From a virus (taxonomy: Duplodnaviria > Caudoviricetes): 37,246 nucleotides of DNA. The notes below the pieces were generated by a model that was not told the origin of the DNA, did no database searches, and saw only the letters and a list, made by a program, of their open reading frames with translations. Positions 1 to 9,834 of the stretch are shown here, one piece after another; position 1 is the stretch's first letter; each line of letters starts with the position of its first letter. The stretch lies in the IMG/VR virus record IMGVR_UViG_3300029145_000016, positions 1 through 37,246 of that record; one strand, given 5' to 3'. The position numbers and the translations under genes are program-made.

Positions 1-1
1 G

Positions 2-99
2 GGGCAAGGTGGTTGCGGAGGTTCTGGAGCGTGCGCTGGCGTACAGCGTGGACAGTTATGACTTCGACAACACGATTGAAGCCGCGTTGCTGGACTACC
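2..99 (+). repeat. Terminal direct repeat, left copy (98 nt; circular assembly overlap)
   Basis: 2-99 is identical to 37149-37246. Position 1 (G) differs from 37148 (T). Confidence 0.95.
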
Positions 100-1901
100 T
101 GCTTCCGGGACGTGGCCTGCTGCGGGTTCGCTACCGGCCCCACTACGGCGACAAGACGCGCGACCGCATCCCGGTTCAGGTCGAGACAGGCATGGACGGT
201 GCCGACGCCTATGTCACGGCGGATGGCATTATTGATGAAGATGCTGTCCTGACCGATGACGACGGCGCTTACATCGAAGGCGAGGAATATGAGCCTGTCG
301 TCCATGAAGAGGCCGTCTGCGAACACGTTGAATGGGATGACTTCCTGATCCTGGGCTATGCCCGCAAGTGGAACGATGTTCAGGCCATTGCGTTCCGTCA
401 TCGCATGGACCGTGAGACGCTGGTTGAGGAGTTTGGCGAGGCTGGCGCTGTTGCGCCGCTGAACTGGAAGCAGGATACCGACAAAGCCCCGGATCAGGCG
501 GACATGATCAAGCGCGCCGAGGTCTGGGAAGTCTGGGACAAGACCGAGCGCCGGGTTGTGTTCGTGGTCAAGGGCATGGACCGCGTTCTGGACGTGCGGG
601 AAGACCCGTTGCGGCTTGAAGGGTTCTTTCCCGTGCCGCGCCCGTTGCTGTCTATCCGCAAGCCCCGGTCACTGGTCCCGAAGCCGGAGTATTTCATCTA
701 CAAAGCGCAGGCCGACGAACTCGACAAGGTGTCCGCCCGCATCATTCGCCTGACGGATGCTGTGAAGGCGCGGGGTATCTACAACCCCATGCTCGGCGAT
801 TCCATGACGCGCATGATGGACAGCGATGCGGACGCCATCTTGCACCCCGCGGATTCGGAGACCATCAACCAGTTGTTCGCCCATGGCGACACGGATCTGC
901 GCAAAGCGGTCTGGATGCTGCCCATCGAGACCCTTGTTGGGGTTCTGGTGCAGTTGACGCAGCAGCGCGAGGTCATCAAGCAGACGATTTACGAAATCAC
1001 GGGCATTTCGGACATTATCCGGGGCGCGACGGACCCGAACGAAACGGCATCGGCACAGCGGATCAAGTCGCAGTTTGGTTCGCTCAGGCTTCAGGGGCGC
1101 CAGCGTGAGGTTCAGCGCCTCATTCGGGACGTGTTCAGGCTGAAGTCGGAGATATTCGCGGAACACTTCAGCGCCGAGACGCTTTCGATGATGACCGGCG
1201 TGGAATTGCCGACCGAAGCGGAAAAGGCGGCGGCGCAGCAGGCCATTCAGGCCGCACAGTATGCGACGCAGGTGGCGCAGCAGGTGCCGGAGGCTGAAGG
1301 CATCGCCCAGCAGCGGCAGGCGGACGCACAGAAGGCGCAGGAAGTTCTCCGCAAGCCGTCATGGGAACAGGTCATGCAGATGATGCGGGATGACTTGCAG
1401 CGTGGCTACCGCATCGACGTTGAGACTGACAGCACGATCCAGGCGGACCAGGCATACGACCAGCGTTCGCTTGCTGAACTGTACAAGGGCGTTGCTGATT
1501 TCGCCGCCACGATGGGGCCGCTGGTGCAGCAGGAAGTGATGCCCATGGACGCGGTCAAGCAGATGCTTCTGGGTGCGGTGCGGAAGTTCAAGATGGGCCG
1601 TCAGGTCGAGGATGCGTTGGACGAAATCCCCGACAAGCAGCCCCCGCAGCAGGACGGCGAGGCGCAGAAGGCCCAGATGGAGCTTCAGGTGAAGCAGGCC
1701 GAGGGCCAGATGCGTATTCAGGAAATGCAGGCCAAGGCGCAGTTCGAGCAGCAGCGTATGGCGCTCGACATGCAGAAGATGCAGGCCGAAGCGGCGAACG
1801 ATCAGGCTGAAATCGCCATCAAGCGCGAGGAACTGGAAATCAAGCGCGCGGAATTGGGCCTGAAGCGCGCCGAACTGTCGATGAAGTCTGATGATGACTG
1901 A
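3..1901 (+). CDS. Portal protein, C-terminal part (podovirus type, long Q/A/E-rich coiled-coil C-terminus)
   Basis: Lies between TerL and scaffold. Motifs EVWEVWDK, FFPVPRP, IYEITGISDIIRGAT..ETASAQRIK. Confidence 0.9.
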   Translation, partial: GKVVAEVLERALAYSVDSYDFDNTIEAALLDYLLPGRGLLRVRYRPHYGDKTRDRIPVQVETGMDGADAYVTADGIIDEDAVLTDDDGAYIEGEEYEPVVHEEAVCEHVEWDDFLILGYARKWNDVQAIAFRHRMDRETLVEEFGEAGAVAPLNWKQDTDKAPDQADMIKRAEVWEVWDKTERRVVFVVKGMDRVLDVREDPLRLEGFFPVPRPLLSIRKPRSLVPKPEYFIYKAQADELDKVSARIIRLTDAVKARGIYNPMLGDSMTRMMDSDADAILHPADSETINQLFAHGDTDLRKAVWMLPIETLVGVLVQLTQQREVIKQTIYEITGISDIIRGATDPNETASAQRIKSQFGSLRLQGRQREVQRLIRDVFRLKSEIFAEHFSAETLSMMTGVELPTEAEKAAAQQAIQAAQYATQVAQQVPEAEGIAQQRQADAQKAQEVLRKPSWEQVMQMMRDDLQRGYRIDVETDSTIQADQAYDQRSLAELYKGVADFAATMGPLVQQEVMPMDAVKQMLLGAVRKFKMGRQVEDALDEIPDKQPPQQDGEAQKAQMELQVKQAEGQMRIQEMQAKAQFEQQRMALDMQKMQAEAANDQAEIAIKREELEIKRAELGLKRAELSMKSDDD

Positions 1902-1995
1902 CACTCAGTCCGCGAACCTTTCCAACGCCATGTTCAAGGCCGTCTGCGCTGCGGCTGATGTGACGGTAAGCCTGACCTATTACGAGGACCTGTGA
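1891..1995 (+). CDS. Small hypothetical protein (34 aa, MMTDTQSANL...YYEDL)
   Basis: Read manually. Start overlaps the portal end and its TGA overlaps the next ATG (TGATG), filling the gap exactly. Confidence 0.4.
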   Translation: MMTDTQSANLSNAMFKAVCAAADVTVSLTYYEDL

Positions 1996-2225
1996 TGACC
2001 CCGACCAGCCGTTTCAACAGCGCGACGGGCGAGTGGGAACCGTATGAAAAGCCGCCTGTACGCATGGGGCTTACGGTCATCTCCGACCTGCCGGATTACA
2101 TCTCGCCCCTCAGCGAGCCGGGGAAGGCCCCGCAAATCGTTTCTGGCCGCGCACAGCGGCGTGAAGAGCTTCGCCGGAACAATCTGCGCGAAGTTGATCC
2201 GTCTGAGTGGAAAGGTGGAAAATGA
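1992..2225 (+). CDS. Small head-module protein
   Basis: ISDLPDYISP...SGRAQRREELRRNN motif, which I recognise from genes between portal and scaffold. Stop overlaps the scaffold ATG. Confidence 0.7.
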   Translation: MMTPTSRFNSATGEWEPYEKPPVRMGLTVISDLPDYISPLSEPGKAPQIVSGRAQRREELRRNNLREVDPSEWKGGK

Positions 2226-3262
2226 GCGACGAAAAGAAAGACGAACTCCCGGTTGGCGAAAGCTCCATGCGGGATGAAATGCTCAAGACGTTCGATGAAA
2301 TCGAGTCGCGGGCAGATGATGTTGAAGCGGTTGAAGCGCCGACCGATGAGGTCGAGGACGCGCCCGCAGAAGATATTGAGCAGGAGGACGTAAGCCCGGA
2401 CTCCGATGATGAACCCGAACACGTTGAGGAAAGCGCGGAACAGCCCGACGGGGCTGACACCGTTGCGGCCCCTGACCACTGGTCGGCAGAGGAGCGTGAA
2501 CGCTTCGAGAGCATCGCGGACCCCGAGGCGCGCCGGATGGTGCTTGATAAGGCCACGAGCCTGGAACGCGGTTTCGAGCGTAAGTTTCAGGATCTGGCAG
2601 AAGAACGGCGACAACTGTCTGAGTGGGACAAGGTGTTCGCGCCCGTTGAGGAGAACCTGCGGCTTGCCGGTGTGAACCGTGTGCAAGCTGTTGAGCGGCT
2701 TCTGGCGGCGCAACAGATGCTTGAACGCAACCCGCAGCAGGGCCTTGCGTACCTCGCGCAGCAGTATGGCGTCGATCTACAGCAGCCGGTTCATGGTGAG
2801 CCGGTTGATCCCCAGATTGCCGGGCTACAGTCCGAAGTCATGGGCCTGAAAACCACGATTCAACAGCAACGTGAGGCCGAGCATAACGCCCGGTTGTCCA
2901 CCGTTCAGAAGCAGATAGAGGACTTCCGGTCCGCTGTCGGCGAGGACGGCAAGCCATTGCGGCCATACTTTGACCGCGTGCAGGACACCATGGCGGCTCT
3001 TGCCAATGCCAACCCCGAATCCGACCTTGCAACCCTGTACGACCGTGCAGTGTACGCTGACCCGACCATTCGAGCGGAAATCGTCGCGGCGGAACAGCGT
3101 GAACGCCAGCGGCAGCAGGAGCAGGCGGCGAAGGAGAAGGCGGCGAAGGCCAAAAAGGCGACTCTCCCCAAGGGAGGGCCGTCTGGCAAGGCCGCGCTCA
3201 AGGGCGCGACGATGCGTGAAACGATGGAAATGGCTTACGACAAGGCAATGTCCGGCTCCTGA
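2222..3262 (+). CDS. Capsid scaffolding protein
   Basis: Acidic disordered N-terminus, APDHWSAEE motif, coiled coil, LATLYDRAVYADP. Directly upstream of the capsid gene. Confidence 0.8.
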   Translation: MSDEKKDELPVGESSMRDEMLKTFDEIESRADDVEAVEAPTDEVEDAPAEDIEQEDVSPDSDDEPEHVEESAEQPDGADTVAAPDHWSAEERERFESIADPEARRMVLDKATSLERGFERKFQDLAEERRQLSEWDKVFAPVEENLRLAGVNRVQAVERLLAAQQMLERNPQQGLAYLAQQYGVDLQQPVHGEPVDPQIAGLQSEVMGLKTTIQQQREAEHNARLSTVQKQIEDFRSAVGEDGKPLRPYFDRVQDTMAALANANPESDLATLYDRAVYADPTIRAEIVAAEQRERQRQQEQAAKEKAAKAKKATLPKGGPSGKAALKGATMRETMEMAYDKAMSGS

Positions 3263-3277
3263 TAATGGAGCAGTAAG

Positions 3278-4228
3278 TTGGCATCTCCCAACGCTACGTT
3301 CACCGAAATGGTGACGACCACGCTGCGCAACCATCCGGGACAGGTCTACGACAATGTGTCGAACAACAACGCCCTGTTTGCCCGGCTGCGCCAGCGCGGC
3401 AAGATCAAGCGCATCAACGGCGGTTACGAAATCGTCCGCAACCTGGATTACGCCGAAAATTCGACGTTCCAGTGGTATGACGGCTATGAAACTCTGAATG
3501 TTGGCCAGTCCGACGTTCTGAGCGCCGCCAAGTACGACTGGAAGCAGGCTGCGGTCAATGTCGTCGCCTCCGGTAAGGAACTCCGCATGAACAACGGTCG
3601 CGAGCAGATCGTGGACCTTGCCGAAGCGCGCACTACCAACGCCATGCGCACCATGGCCAACCAGATTTCCAACGGCATCTACTCCGATGGTACGGGGTCC
3701 GATTCCAAGGAAATCGGCGGGCTGGATCTGCTGATTCAGACCGATGGCAATGGTGTTGTCGGCGGCATCGACGCCTCGTCCAATGCGTTCTGGGCTAACC
3801 AGTTCAAGGACGGGGGCACCATCACCACGACCAATATCAAGCAGAGCATGAATGAGCTTTGGCTGGATACGACCCGTGGTGCTGACAAGACGGACCTGAT
3901 CGTGTCGTCCAATGAAATCTTCAACACGTACTGGAACTCGCTGCAGGACCTGCAGCGGTACGCCAGCGCGGATGAAGGCGCCGCGGGCTTCACGTCGCTC
4001 AAGTTCGTCACTGCCGACGTGATCCACGATGGTGGGTCGGGCATCACGGCAAATCGCATGTTCTTCTTGAACACCGATTATCTCGAACTCGTGGTTCACC
4101 GCGACGCCGATATGACGGTTCAGGATGACAAGGTGTCGTTCAATCAGGATGCGGTCGCGATTCCGGTCCTGTTCATGGGGAATCTCTGCGTGTCCAACCG
4201 GGCGCGTCAGGGCGTTCTCTTCACCTGA
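3278..4228 (+). CDS. Major capsid protein (HK97 fold)
   Basis: GGAG RBS and TTG start; 316 aa. Motifs TTTLRN..DNVSNNNAL, YDGYETL, AAKYDWKQ, IYSDGTG, FFLNTDYL, SNRARQG. Confidence 0.9.
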   Translation: MASPNATFTEMVTTTLRNHPGQVYDNVSNNNALFARLRQRGKIKRINGGYEIVRNLDYAENSTFQWYDGYETLNVGQSDVLSAAKYDWKQAAVNVVASGKELRMNNGREQIVDLAEARTTNAMRTMANQISNGIYSDGTGSDSKEIGGLDLLIQTDGNGVVGGIDASSNAFWANQFKDGGTITTTNIKQSMNELWLDTTRGADKTDLIVSSNEIFNTYWNSLQDLQRYASADEGAAGFTSLKFVTADVIHDGGSGITANRMFFLNTDYLELVVHRDADMTVQDDKVSFNQDAVAIPVLFMGNLCVSNRARQGVLFT

Positions 4229-4243
4229 TAGGAGGGTTGAACA

Positions 4244-4735
4244 ATGGCGAATATCAATGGCGTCATCGGTGGTCATCCCACCTTCACCATCACGTCCAGC
4301 GCGAATGAAGGCCGGGAGTTCGCTCTCGGTGACACCGCCATGGGCGACGATGGTTCCTGCTGGGTCTATGTCGAGGCTGACGAAGCAATCGTTCAGTACG
4401 ATGTGGTCCTGATTGCCGAGGATTGGGGCGTTTCCGCCGTCGATACCACGGGCACGGCCAACGCGTTTGGCCAGTCCTGCGGTGTCGCGCCGGTTGCCTT
4501 CGCTTCCGGCGATTACGGCTGGGTTCAGGTCGCTGGCAAGGCCACGGCAAACGTGCTGATCAACGCTTCGGCAACGACGCAGTTGAACAGCACCGGCACC
4601 GATGGGTTCCTGGACGACGACCAGACCACGGGCGCGGAGAACATCGACGGCATCGTCCTGTTTTCCACCGCCACGGCTGCGGGTGGCTATTCGGTCAACC
4701 TGCGGTTCCCGGTTGTCGGGGCAACCCTGGCTTGA
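4244..4735 (+). CDS. Capsid decoration/cement protein
   Basis: GGAGG RBS; follows the MCP; WVYVEA and GDYGWVQVAG motifs; followed by a terminator. Confidence 0.65.
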   Translation: MANINGVIGGHPTFTITSSANEGREFALGDTAMGDDGSCWVYVEADEAIVQYDVVLIAEDWGVSAVDTTGTANAFGQSCGVAPVAFASGDYGWVQVAGKATANVLINASATTQLNSTGTDGFLDDDQTTGAENIDGIVLFSTATAAGGYSVNLRFPVVGATLA

Positions 4736-4746
4736 CCAATCAGATT

Positions 4747-4771
4747 GGGGCGGGGGAAACCCTGCCCCTTT
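4747..4771 (+). terminator. Intrinsic terminator after the capsid and decoration genes
   Basis: GGGGCGGGG-GAAA-CCCTGCCCC 9-bp stem with a GNRA loop, followed by TTT. Confidence 0.7.
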
Positions 4772-4791
4772 CCGATTTCGCAAACCAGAAA

Positions 4792-5586
4792 GTGCGCCGT
4801 GACGATGAGGCGCGCGTCAAGTTCAACATCGCTCTCAATTCCGCCCGTGACATTCCATGGATCGGCACGCAGAAAGTGCCGCATGACCGGCCCATCGTGT
4901 TTGTCGGCAACGCGCCATCGGTGGCGAACGATCTGCGGCACATTCGACGCCGCCAGCGCAGGGGCGCTGAAGTCTGGACCGTCAACGGCGCGCATGACTA
5001 CCTGATTGACAATGGCATCACCCCGGACGCGGCCCTGTTCTGCGACCCGGCGGACCGTATGCCGACCGTCGTCCAGAAGCTTAACGACGAAACCATCTAC
5101 ATGGTCGCTTCATGCTGTTCCCCGGCATTTTTCGACCATCTGGCGGGCCGCAAGGTGCTGCTCTGGCACATGAACAACGAATTCGGGGAAGAGAAGTTCT
5201 GCGGCGATCTGGGCCGTGTGCATGGGAAGTTCGGGGCCGTGTTTTCGGGTGGTTCGACCTGCATCCTGCGCGCGCCGTCCGTCGCTTATTTCCTGGGCTA
5301 CCGGGATTTTCATTTTTATGGCGTGGACAGTTCGTTTGACGGCCCTTCCCATGTCAACCGGGATGATAGCGACCTGTTCGGCGTCATCTTCAATGTTGAA
5401 TGCAATGGCCGGATCTTCCGCACGAACGTGCCGCTGGCCCGTCAGGCAGAAGAATTCGCGCTTTTGCATCAAGTCATGTCCCGCTGCGGGGCGAAGTTCC
5501 ATGTTCACGGCTCGGGCCTCCTGCCATTCCGGTTCAGGCAGGCACGCATTGCCTTTGCTCCGAAAGAAAGGATGAAAGTCGCATGA
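4792..5586 (+). CDS. Maf/MptE-like (DUF115, sialyltransferase-like fold) protein; start uncertain
   Basis: IVFVGNAPS, VWTVNGAHDYL..GITPD....CDP, GGSTCILRA...AYFLGYRDFHFYGVDSS. The ORF-track start at 4423 overlaps the previous gene and is unlikely. Confidence 0.7.
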   Translation: MRRDDEARVKFNIALNSARDIPWIGTQKVPHDRPIVFVGNAPSVANDLRHIRRRQRRGAEVWTVNGAHDYLIDNGITPDAALFCDPADRMPTVVQKLNDETIYMVASCCSPAFFDHLAGRKVLLWHMNNEFGEEKFCGDLGRVHGKFGAVFSGGSTCILRAPSVAYFLGYRDFHFYGVDSSFDGPSHVNRDDSDLFGVIFNVECNGRIFRTNVPLARQAEEFALLHQVMSRCGAKFHVHGSGLLPFRFRQARIAFAPKERMKVA

Positions 5587-6173
5587 CCGCTGTTTTCAAA
5601 TTCGATACCCGTCAGGTCCCGGACGAACCAAAGACGCTTGAGACCGGCGTCCCCCACTACATCGACGAGGTGTTTGTGCGGATCAAGGCTGACGAACGGT
5701 CGGAAATGACGAAAACGGTTGATGCCTTTTTTGACGGCCTGCGGACCCGCGTTGAGCAGACTCCGAACCCCGCTGAGCGCGAGAAGGCGGAGGAGGCGTT
5801 GAGCCGCGCACAGCGTGCTTACGAACGTTTCCAGAATGGCCGCCCGGAGGAAATCGAAGGCGTCCCCCTGCAAGAATGGCCGCGCGTGAACAAGAGCATG
5901 ATCATGACGCTGAACCATCTGAACATCATGAGCGTGGAAGACATGGCCAAGGCGTCCGACACGCAATGCGGCAAGGTTCATGGCGGCGTTCGGCTTCGGG
6001 AAGAGGCGCAGCGTTACCTTGAAGCCGCGAGCGAGGACGGGGCAAGCGCGATGGCCACCCGGCTGACGGAAATGGAGCGCCAGATGGCGGAACTCAGGAA
6101 AGAGAACGCCGAACTGAAGGCGATGGCCCCTGAGCAGCCCAAGCGCGGCAGGCCGAGGAAGAACGCAGCATGA
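5583..6173 (+). CDS. Conserved phage hypothetical protein (C-terminal coiled coil and KRGRPRK tail)
   Basis: ATGA-coupled at both ends; GVPLQEWP...LNIMSVEDMA motif. Confidence 0.75.
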   Translation: MTAVFKFDTRQVPDEPKTLETGVPHYIDEVFVRIKADERSEMTKTVDAFFDGLRTRVEQTPNPAEREKAEEALSRAQRAYERFQNGRPEEIEGVPLQEWPRVNKSMIMTLNHLNIMSVEDMAKASDTQCGKVHGGVRLREEAQRYLEAASEDGASAMATRLTEMERQMAELRKENAELKAMAPEQPKRGRPRKNAA

Positions 6174-6877
6174 CCCTCCTGACCATCGTTCAGGCAGTCG
6201 CGGAAGAACAGGGCTTGCCGACCATATCCGACGTGTCGTCAAGCGCCCCTGATGCGACCCTGTTGCGCCGTCTGGTCAACGTGGAATGCAACGCTCTCGT
6301 ACGCCGCAAAGACTGGTCATTTCTTCAGGAAGAACACACGTTCGCGACGGTCAACGGCACGGCTGCCTATTCCCTGCCGAGCGATTTCCTGCGGCTGATC
6401 ATGGAGACAGCCTGGAACCGAACCGAATACTGGCGCGTCCGGGGCGCGACAAGCCCGCAGGAGTGGCAGCTTTACAAGTCCGGACTGGTCACGCCGACCG
6501 TGCGTGACAGGTTCCGCATCAAGTCCACCAGCGGGACGAACGAATTTTATGTGGATCCGACGCCAACCGGGGCTGAAACGCTTGTGTTCGAGTACATCTC
6601 GAAAAATTGGGCGCGCACGGGCGGGACGGTCGCGGCAAGCAGCGTGGGCGCAAACAGCGACACGGTGTTGTTCGACGAATACCTCGTTGAAAGGGGTGTG
6701 ACGTGGCGCTGGCTGTCTCAGAAGGGCTTCCCATACGCTGAAGAACGCGCGCAATACGATGAGACATATGCGCAGGTCGCCACGATGGACGGCGGCGGGC
6801 GTGCGCCGCTGGATATGGGCAATTCCCCGCATTACACGGTAGAGGCTATCTTGCCGGATGGCGGTTATGGCGCTTGA
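6170..6877 (+). CDS. Head-tail adaptor / tail tubular protein
   Basis: MTLLTIVQAV, WSFLQEEHTFAT, YSLPSDF, PTP motifs; position in the module. Confidence 0.75.
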   Translation: MTLLTIVQAVAEEQGLPTISDVSSSAPDATLLRRLVNVECNALVRRKDWSFLQEEHTFATVNGTAAYSLPSDFLRLIMETAWNRTEYWRVRGATSPQEWQLYKSGLVTPTVRDRFRIKSTSGTNEFYVDPTPTGAETLVFEYISKNWARTGGTVAASSVGANSDTVLFDEYLVERGVTWRWLSQKGFPYAEERAQYDETYAQVATMDGGGRAPLDMGNSPHYTVEAILPDGGYGA

Positions 6878-8444
6878 TGCGCTTGCCCGGCAGCGCCGGG
6901 GCGCAATCAGGACACAGCAGGCAGTGGGGGCAGCCGGGCCGCAGATCGTGCCCGCACCGGTCGGGGGTTTGAACGCCCGCGATTCAGAAGACAACATGAA
7001 CCCGCTCGATGCGTTGAAAATGGACAATTTCACGCCGGGGTTCGGGTCCGTCAACGTCCGCAAGGGCTATACGGCTTATGCAAGCGGGGTTGGGTCCGCG
7101 TCGTCATCGGTCCAGACCATCGCAACATTCATCAGCGGGGCCACGTCCAAGCTGATCGCGGCGGCGAATGGTTCGATTTTCGACATTACGTCCACCGGCA
7201 CGGCGTCCAGCCTTGCAAGCGGGTTTTCCGGCAACCGCTGGCAGACGGCGAATTTCAACGGCCTCATGGGGCTTGTGAACGGGACGGACACGCCGCAGCA
7301 GTTCAACGGAACAACGGTTTCAAGCCTGACGGTTTCCGGGTCCGGGCTTACGTCAACCGACCTGATCGGCATCACGGTGTTCAAGAATCGCTCCTACTTC
7401 TGGGAGGATGACAGTCAGGATTTCTGGTATTCGGCGCTTGATACGCTGGGAGCCGGGGTATCCAAGTTCCCGCTGTCGCGTGTCGGGGATTTTGGCGGCA
7501 AACTGGTTGCCATCAATTCGATGGCCCGTGATGGCGGTGATGGCCCGGACGACCTGTTCGTAGCCGTCATGTCGTCCGGGGACGTGATCGTCTATCAGGG
7601 CACTGATCCGAACTCGGCCTCAACGTGGCAGATCGTCGGTGTCTACAGGTCATCCCCTGCGGTGGATGTTCGGGCCGTGGTCAAGGTTGGCGGCGACCTC
7701 ATTCTGGTGACCCGGGCGGGCTATGTGTCCGTTGCGCAGTTGATGCAGTTCGGGTCCATCGCGAACATCGACCCGAACATCTCGTTCGGCTCGAAGATCA
7801 ACCCGCTCGCCCGTCAGAAGGTCGAGGACAACGCCGCAAATACAGGCTGGCAGGCCATTCTAGGCCCGGAATCCGAACTGCTGCTGTTCAACATCCCGAC
7901 CTCAAGCACGACGTTTGAACAGCACGTCTTCAACCTCGGAACGAAGGCGTGGGGCGTCTGGAAGGACATTCCGTCCTACTCATGGGGGAAGTTCAACGGG
8001 AAATACTATTTCGGCGGCCTTGGCGCGGTCTACCAGATCGGCGGCAATGACGACAACGGAACGGCGATCCAGGGGGATTGTCAGCAGGCGTTTTCCCAGC
8101 TTGGCGTTCAGGGCGTCCGCAAGATCATCACAGCCGTACAGCCCGCCTTGCGGGGGTCTGGCGACCTGGCCTTGCGCATCGGCGTCAATACCGACTTCGG
8201 GACGCAGCCGCCCGTAACCGTGCAAACGACATTCGGTGAACAGGGCACGTTCTGGGAAGACGAAGGCACATTCTGGGAAGATGCCGACCGGCTCTGGAAC
8301 GAGGGCGAAAACGGCATCATTGACGTCCTGACTTCTGCGGGCGGGCAGGGCTTCCGGATCGCCCCGCGCCTAATCGTGGACACAAGCAACGCCGTTGAGT
8401 GGCTATCAACGCGGATTATCTACAAGGCAGGGGGCGTGCGCTAA
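6867..8444 (+). CDS. Tail nozzle / DNA stabilisation protein (P22 gp10-like, beta-propeller)
   Basis: PAPVGGLNARD N-terminal motif, beta-rich ~525 aa, directly after the adaptor. Confidence 0.7.
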   Translation: MALDALARQRRGAIRTQQAVGAAGPQIVPAPVGGLNARDSEDNMNPLDALKMDNFTPGFGSVNVRKGYTAYASGVGSASSSVQTIATFISGATSKLIAAANGSIFDITSTGTASSLASGFSGNRWQTANFNGLMGLVNGTDTPQQFNGTTVSSLTVSGSGLTSTDLIGITVFKNRSYFWEDDSQDFWYSALDTLGAGVSKFPLSRVGDFGGKLVAINSMARDGGDGPDDLFVAVMSSGDVIVYQGTDPNSASTWQIVGVYRSSPAVDVRAVVKVGGDLILVTRAGYVSVAQLMQFGSIANIDPNISFGSKINPLARQKVEDNAANTGWQAILGPESELLLFNIPTSSTTFEQHVFNLGTKAWGVWKDIPSYSWGKFNGKYYFGGLGAVYQIGGNDDNGTAIQGDCQQAFSQLGVQGVRKIITAVQPALRGSGDLALRIGVNTDFGTQPPVTVQTTFGEQGTFWEDEGTFWEDADRLWNEGENGIIDVLTSAGGQGFRIAPRLIVDTSNAVEWLSTRIIYKAGGVR

Positions 8445-9406
8445 TGGCGGCTCTGACAGGCAACTCAATCAAGGACACCTATATCGACTTGTTGCAGGTG
8501 TCGAACAGCAACAGCGGTATTGACGGCACGCGCCGCAATATCAGCGACGGCGAAGGGACGAACGCGCCGATCACGGTGTCAACGTCTGCGGCTGCGTTTA
8601 CCGGCATTGCGGACTTTACCGGCGGCTCCCCGTCATTTTCAAACAATCAGATCCCACTTGCCGCCGTTGACCTGTCGGACAATGACACCATCGAAGGCGC
8701 GTTGACGATGGCATCAGGGGCGTCCCTGACCTTCACGTCCAACTCCACGCTCGACCTCACCGATGGGACATTGACACTGGCGAATGACCAGATCCCGGTG
8801 GCGAAGATTGACCAGTCCGGCACGGATACCATCTCGGGCGCGCGCACATTCACCAGCGCGGCGACATTCCAGGCGACTGTTGATCTGACGGCTTCCACAC
8901 TGGCGCTTCAGAACGACCAGATTCCGCTTGCCAAGGTTGATCTATCGGACAGCGACACGATCACCGGCGCGTTGGAAGTCACCACGGGCGGCTCGTTGAC
9001 TTTCACCACCGGCTCCACGCTGAACATTTCGGGCGCGACGGTCAATATGGCCGGGCGTCTCATTGCGGGCACGCCGGTCACCATCAACCCCTATACCACG
9101 TCCACCAGTGCAGCCGCCGCGCACGGGCTTGGCGGCGCACCGGATTTCTTCAAGTCACAGGTGACGTTCCTGACCACGGCGGCTGGCTACACAACGGGTC
9201 AGGTCATCGACATCGGCGCATCGTTCACGGGTGATGAAAACGGCACGGCGGACCGGCTGTTTCAGGTTGTCCCGGATGCAACCAATGTCTCTGTCGTGAC
9301 AGGTGCGGGCGGCCTGACCTTCATCGACCGGGGCACGCACGCAGCCACGACCCCAAGCGTCGCCACCTATCGCCTCGACGTGACGCCTTACAAGGTTTCC
9401 ACATGA
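8444..9406 (+). CDS. Tail fiber/needle-like virion protein with internal repeats
   Basis: TAATG coupling; T/S/G-rich; three N(N/D)QIP(L/V)AxxDxSxxDTIxGA repeats. Confidence 0.65.
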   Translation: MAALTGNSIKDTYIDLLQVSNSNSGIDGTRRNISDGEGTNAPITVSTSAAAFTGIADFTGGSPSFSNNQIPLAAVDLSDNDTIEGALTMASGASLTFTSNSTLDLTDGTLTLANDQIPVAKIDQSGTDTISGARTFTSAATFQATVDLTASTLALQNDQIPLAKVDLSDSDTITGALEVTTGGSLTFTTGSTLNISGATVNMAGRLIAGTPVTINPYTTSTSAAAAHGLGGAPDFFKSQVTFLTTAAGYTTGQVIDIGASFTGDENGTADRLFQVVPDATNVSVVTGAGGLTFIDRGTHAATTPSVATYRLDVTPYKVST

Positions 9407-9834
9407 ACATTATTGTTCCTGCCGACCAGTCCCTACACCAGTGGGTTGCGTCCCGAATGCCGGACAATGTTGCATTCGATCCGCGTGACATTGCGGTTGG
9501 GGTTGAAGATGGCGGGAAGGTTGTTGCTGGCGCGGTCTATCACGACCATCAACCGGACTATCGAAACATCCAGGTTTCGTTTGCGACGGATGGCCCCGGC
9601 TGGGCGTCGCGGAAGACGGTCGCGGCCCTGTTGTGGCCTGCGTTCCGGGAACTGGATTGTCAACGTGTGACGGCGTTGATCCGCAAGAAGAACAAACCCT
9701 CGCGCAAGCTCGTTGAAAAGCTGGGCTTCCGATACGAAGGGGGCATCTGGCGCGGCTATGGAAATGACCACATGATCGTTTACGGCCTGCGGGACGTGGA
9801 CGCAAAGAAATGGCTGGAGCGATACGATGGGTAA
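9403..9834 (+). CDS. GNAT-family N-acetyltransferase (virion assembly module)
   Basis: AFRELDCQRVTALIRKKNKPSRKLVEKLGFRYEG is a RimJ/RimL-type GNAT motif, in the usual podovirus position before the ejection proteins. Confidence 0.85.
   Translation: MNIIVPADQSLHQWVASRMPDNVAFDPRDIAVGVEDGGKVVAGAVYHDHQPDYRNIQVSFATDGPGWASRKTVAALLWPAFRELDCQRVTALIRKKNKPSRKLVEKLGFRYEGGIWRGYGNDHMIVYGLRDVDAKKWLERYDG

Noticed and set aside
2825-4783. 652-aa minus-strand ORF
   Set aside because: Antisense shadow of scaffold, capsid and decoration genes caused by GC-rich codon bias; no motifs.
4423-4791. N-terminal extension of the Maf-like ORF
   Set aside because: Overlaps the decoration gene and crosses a terminator; Arg-rich off-frame composition. 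A programmed frameshift was considered, but I saw no slippery site.
9403-9834. GNAT as a toxin or defence gene
   Set aside because: Coupled in the standard podovirus position between tail and ejection genes; most likely a morphogenesis gene.
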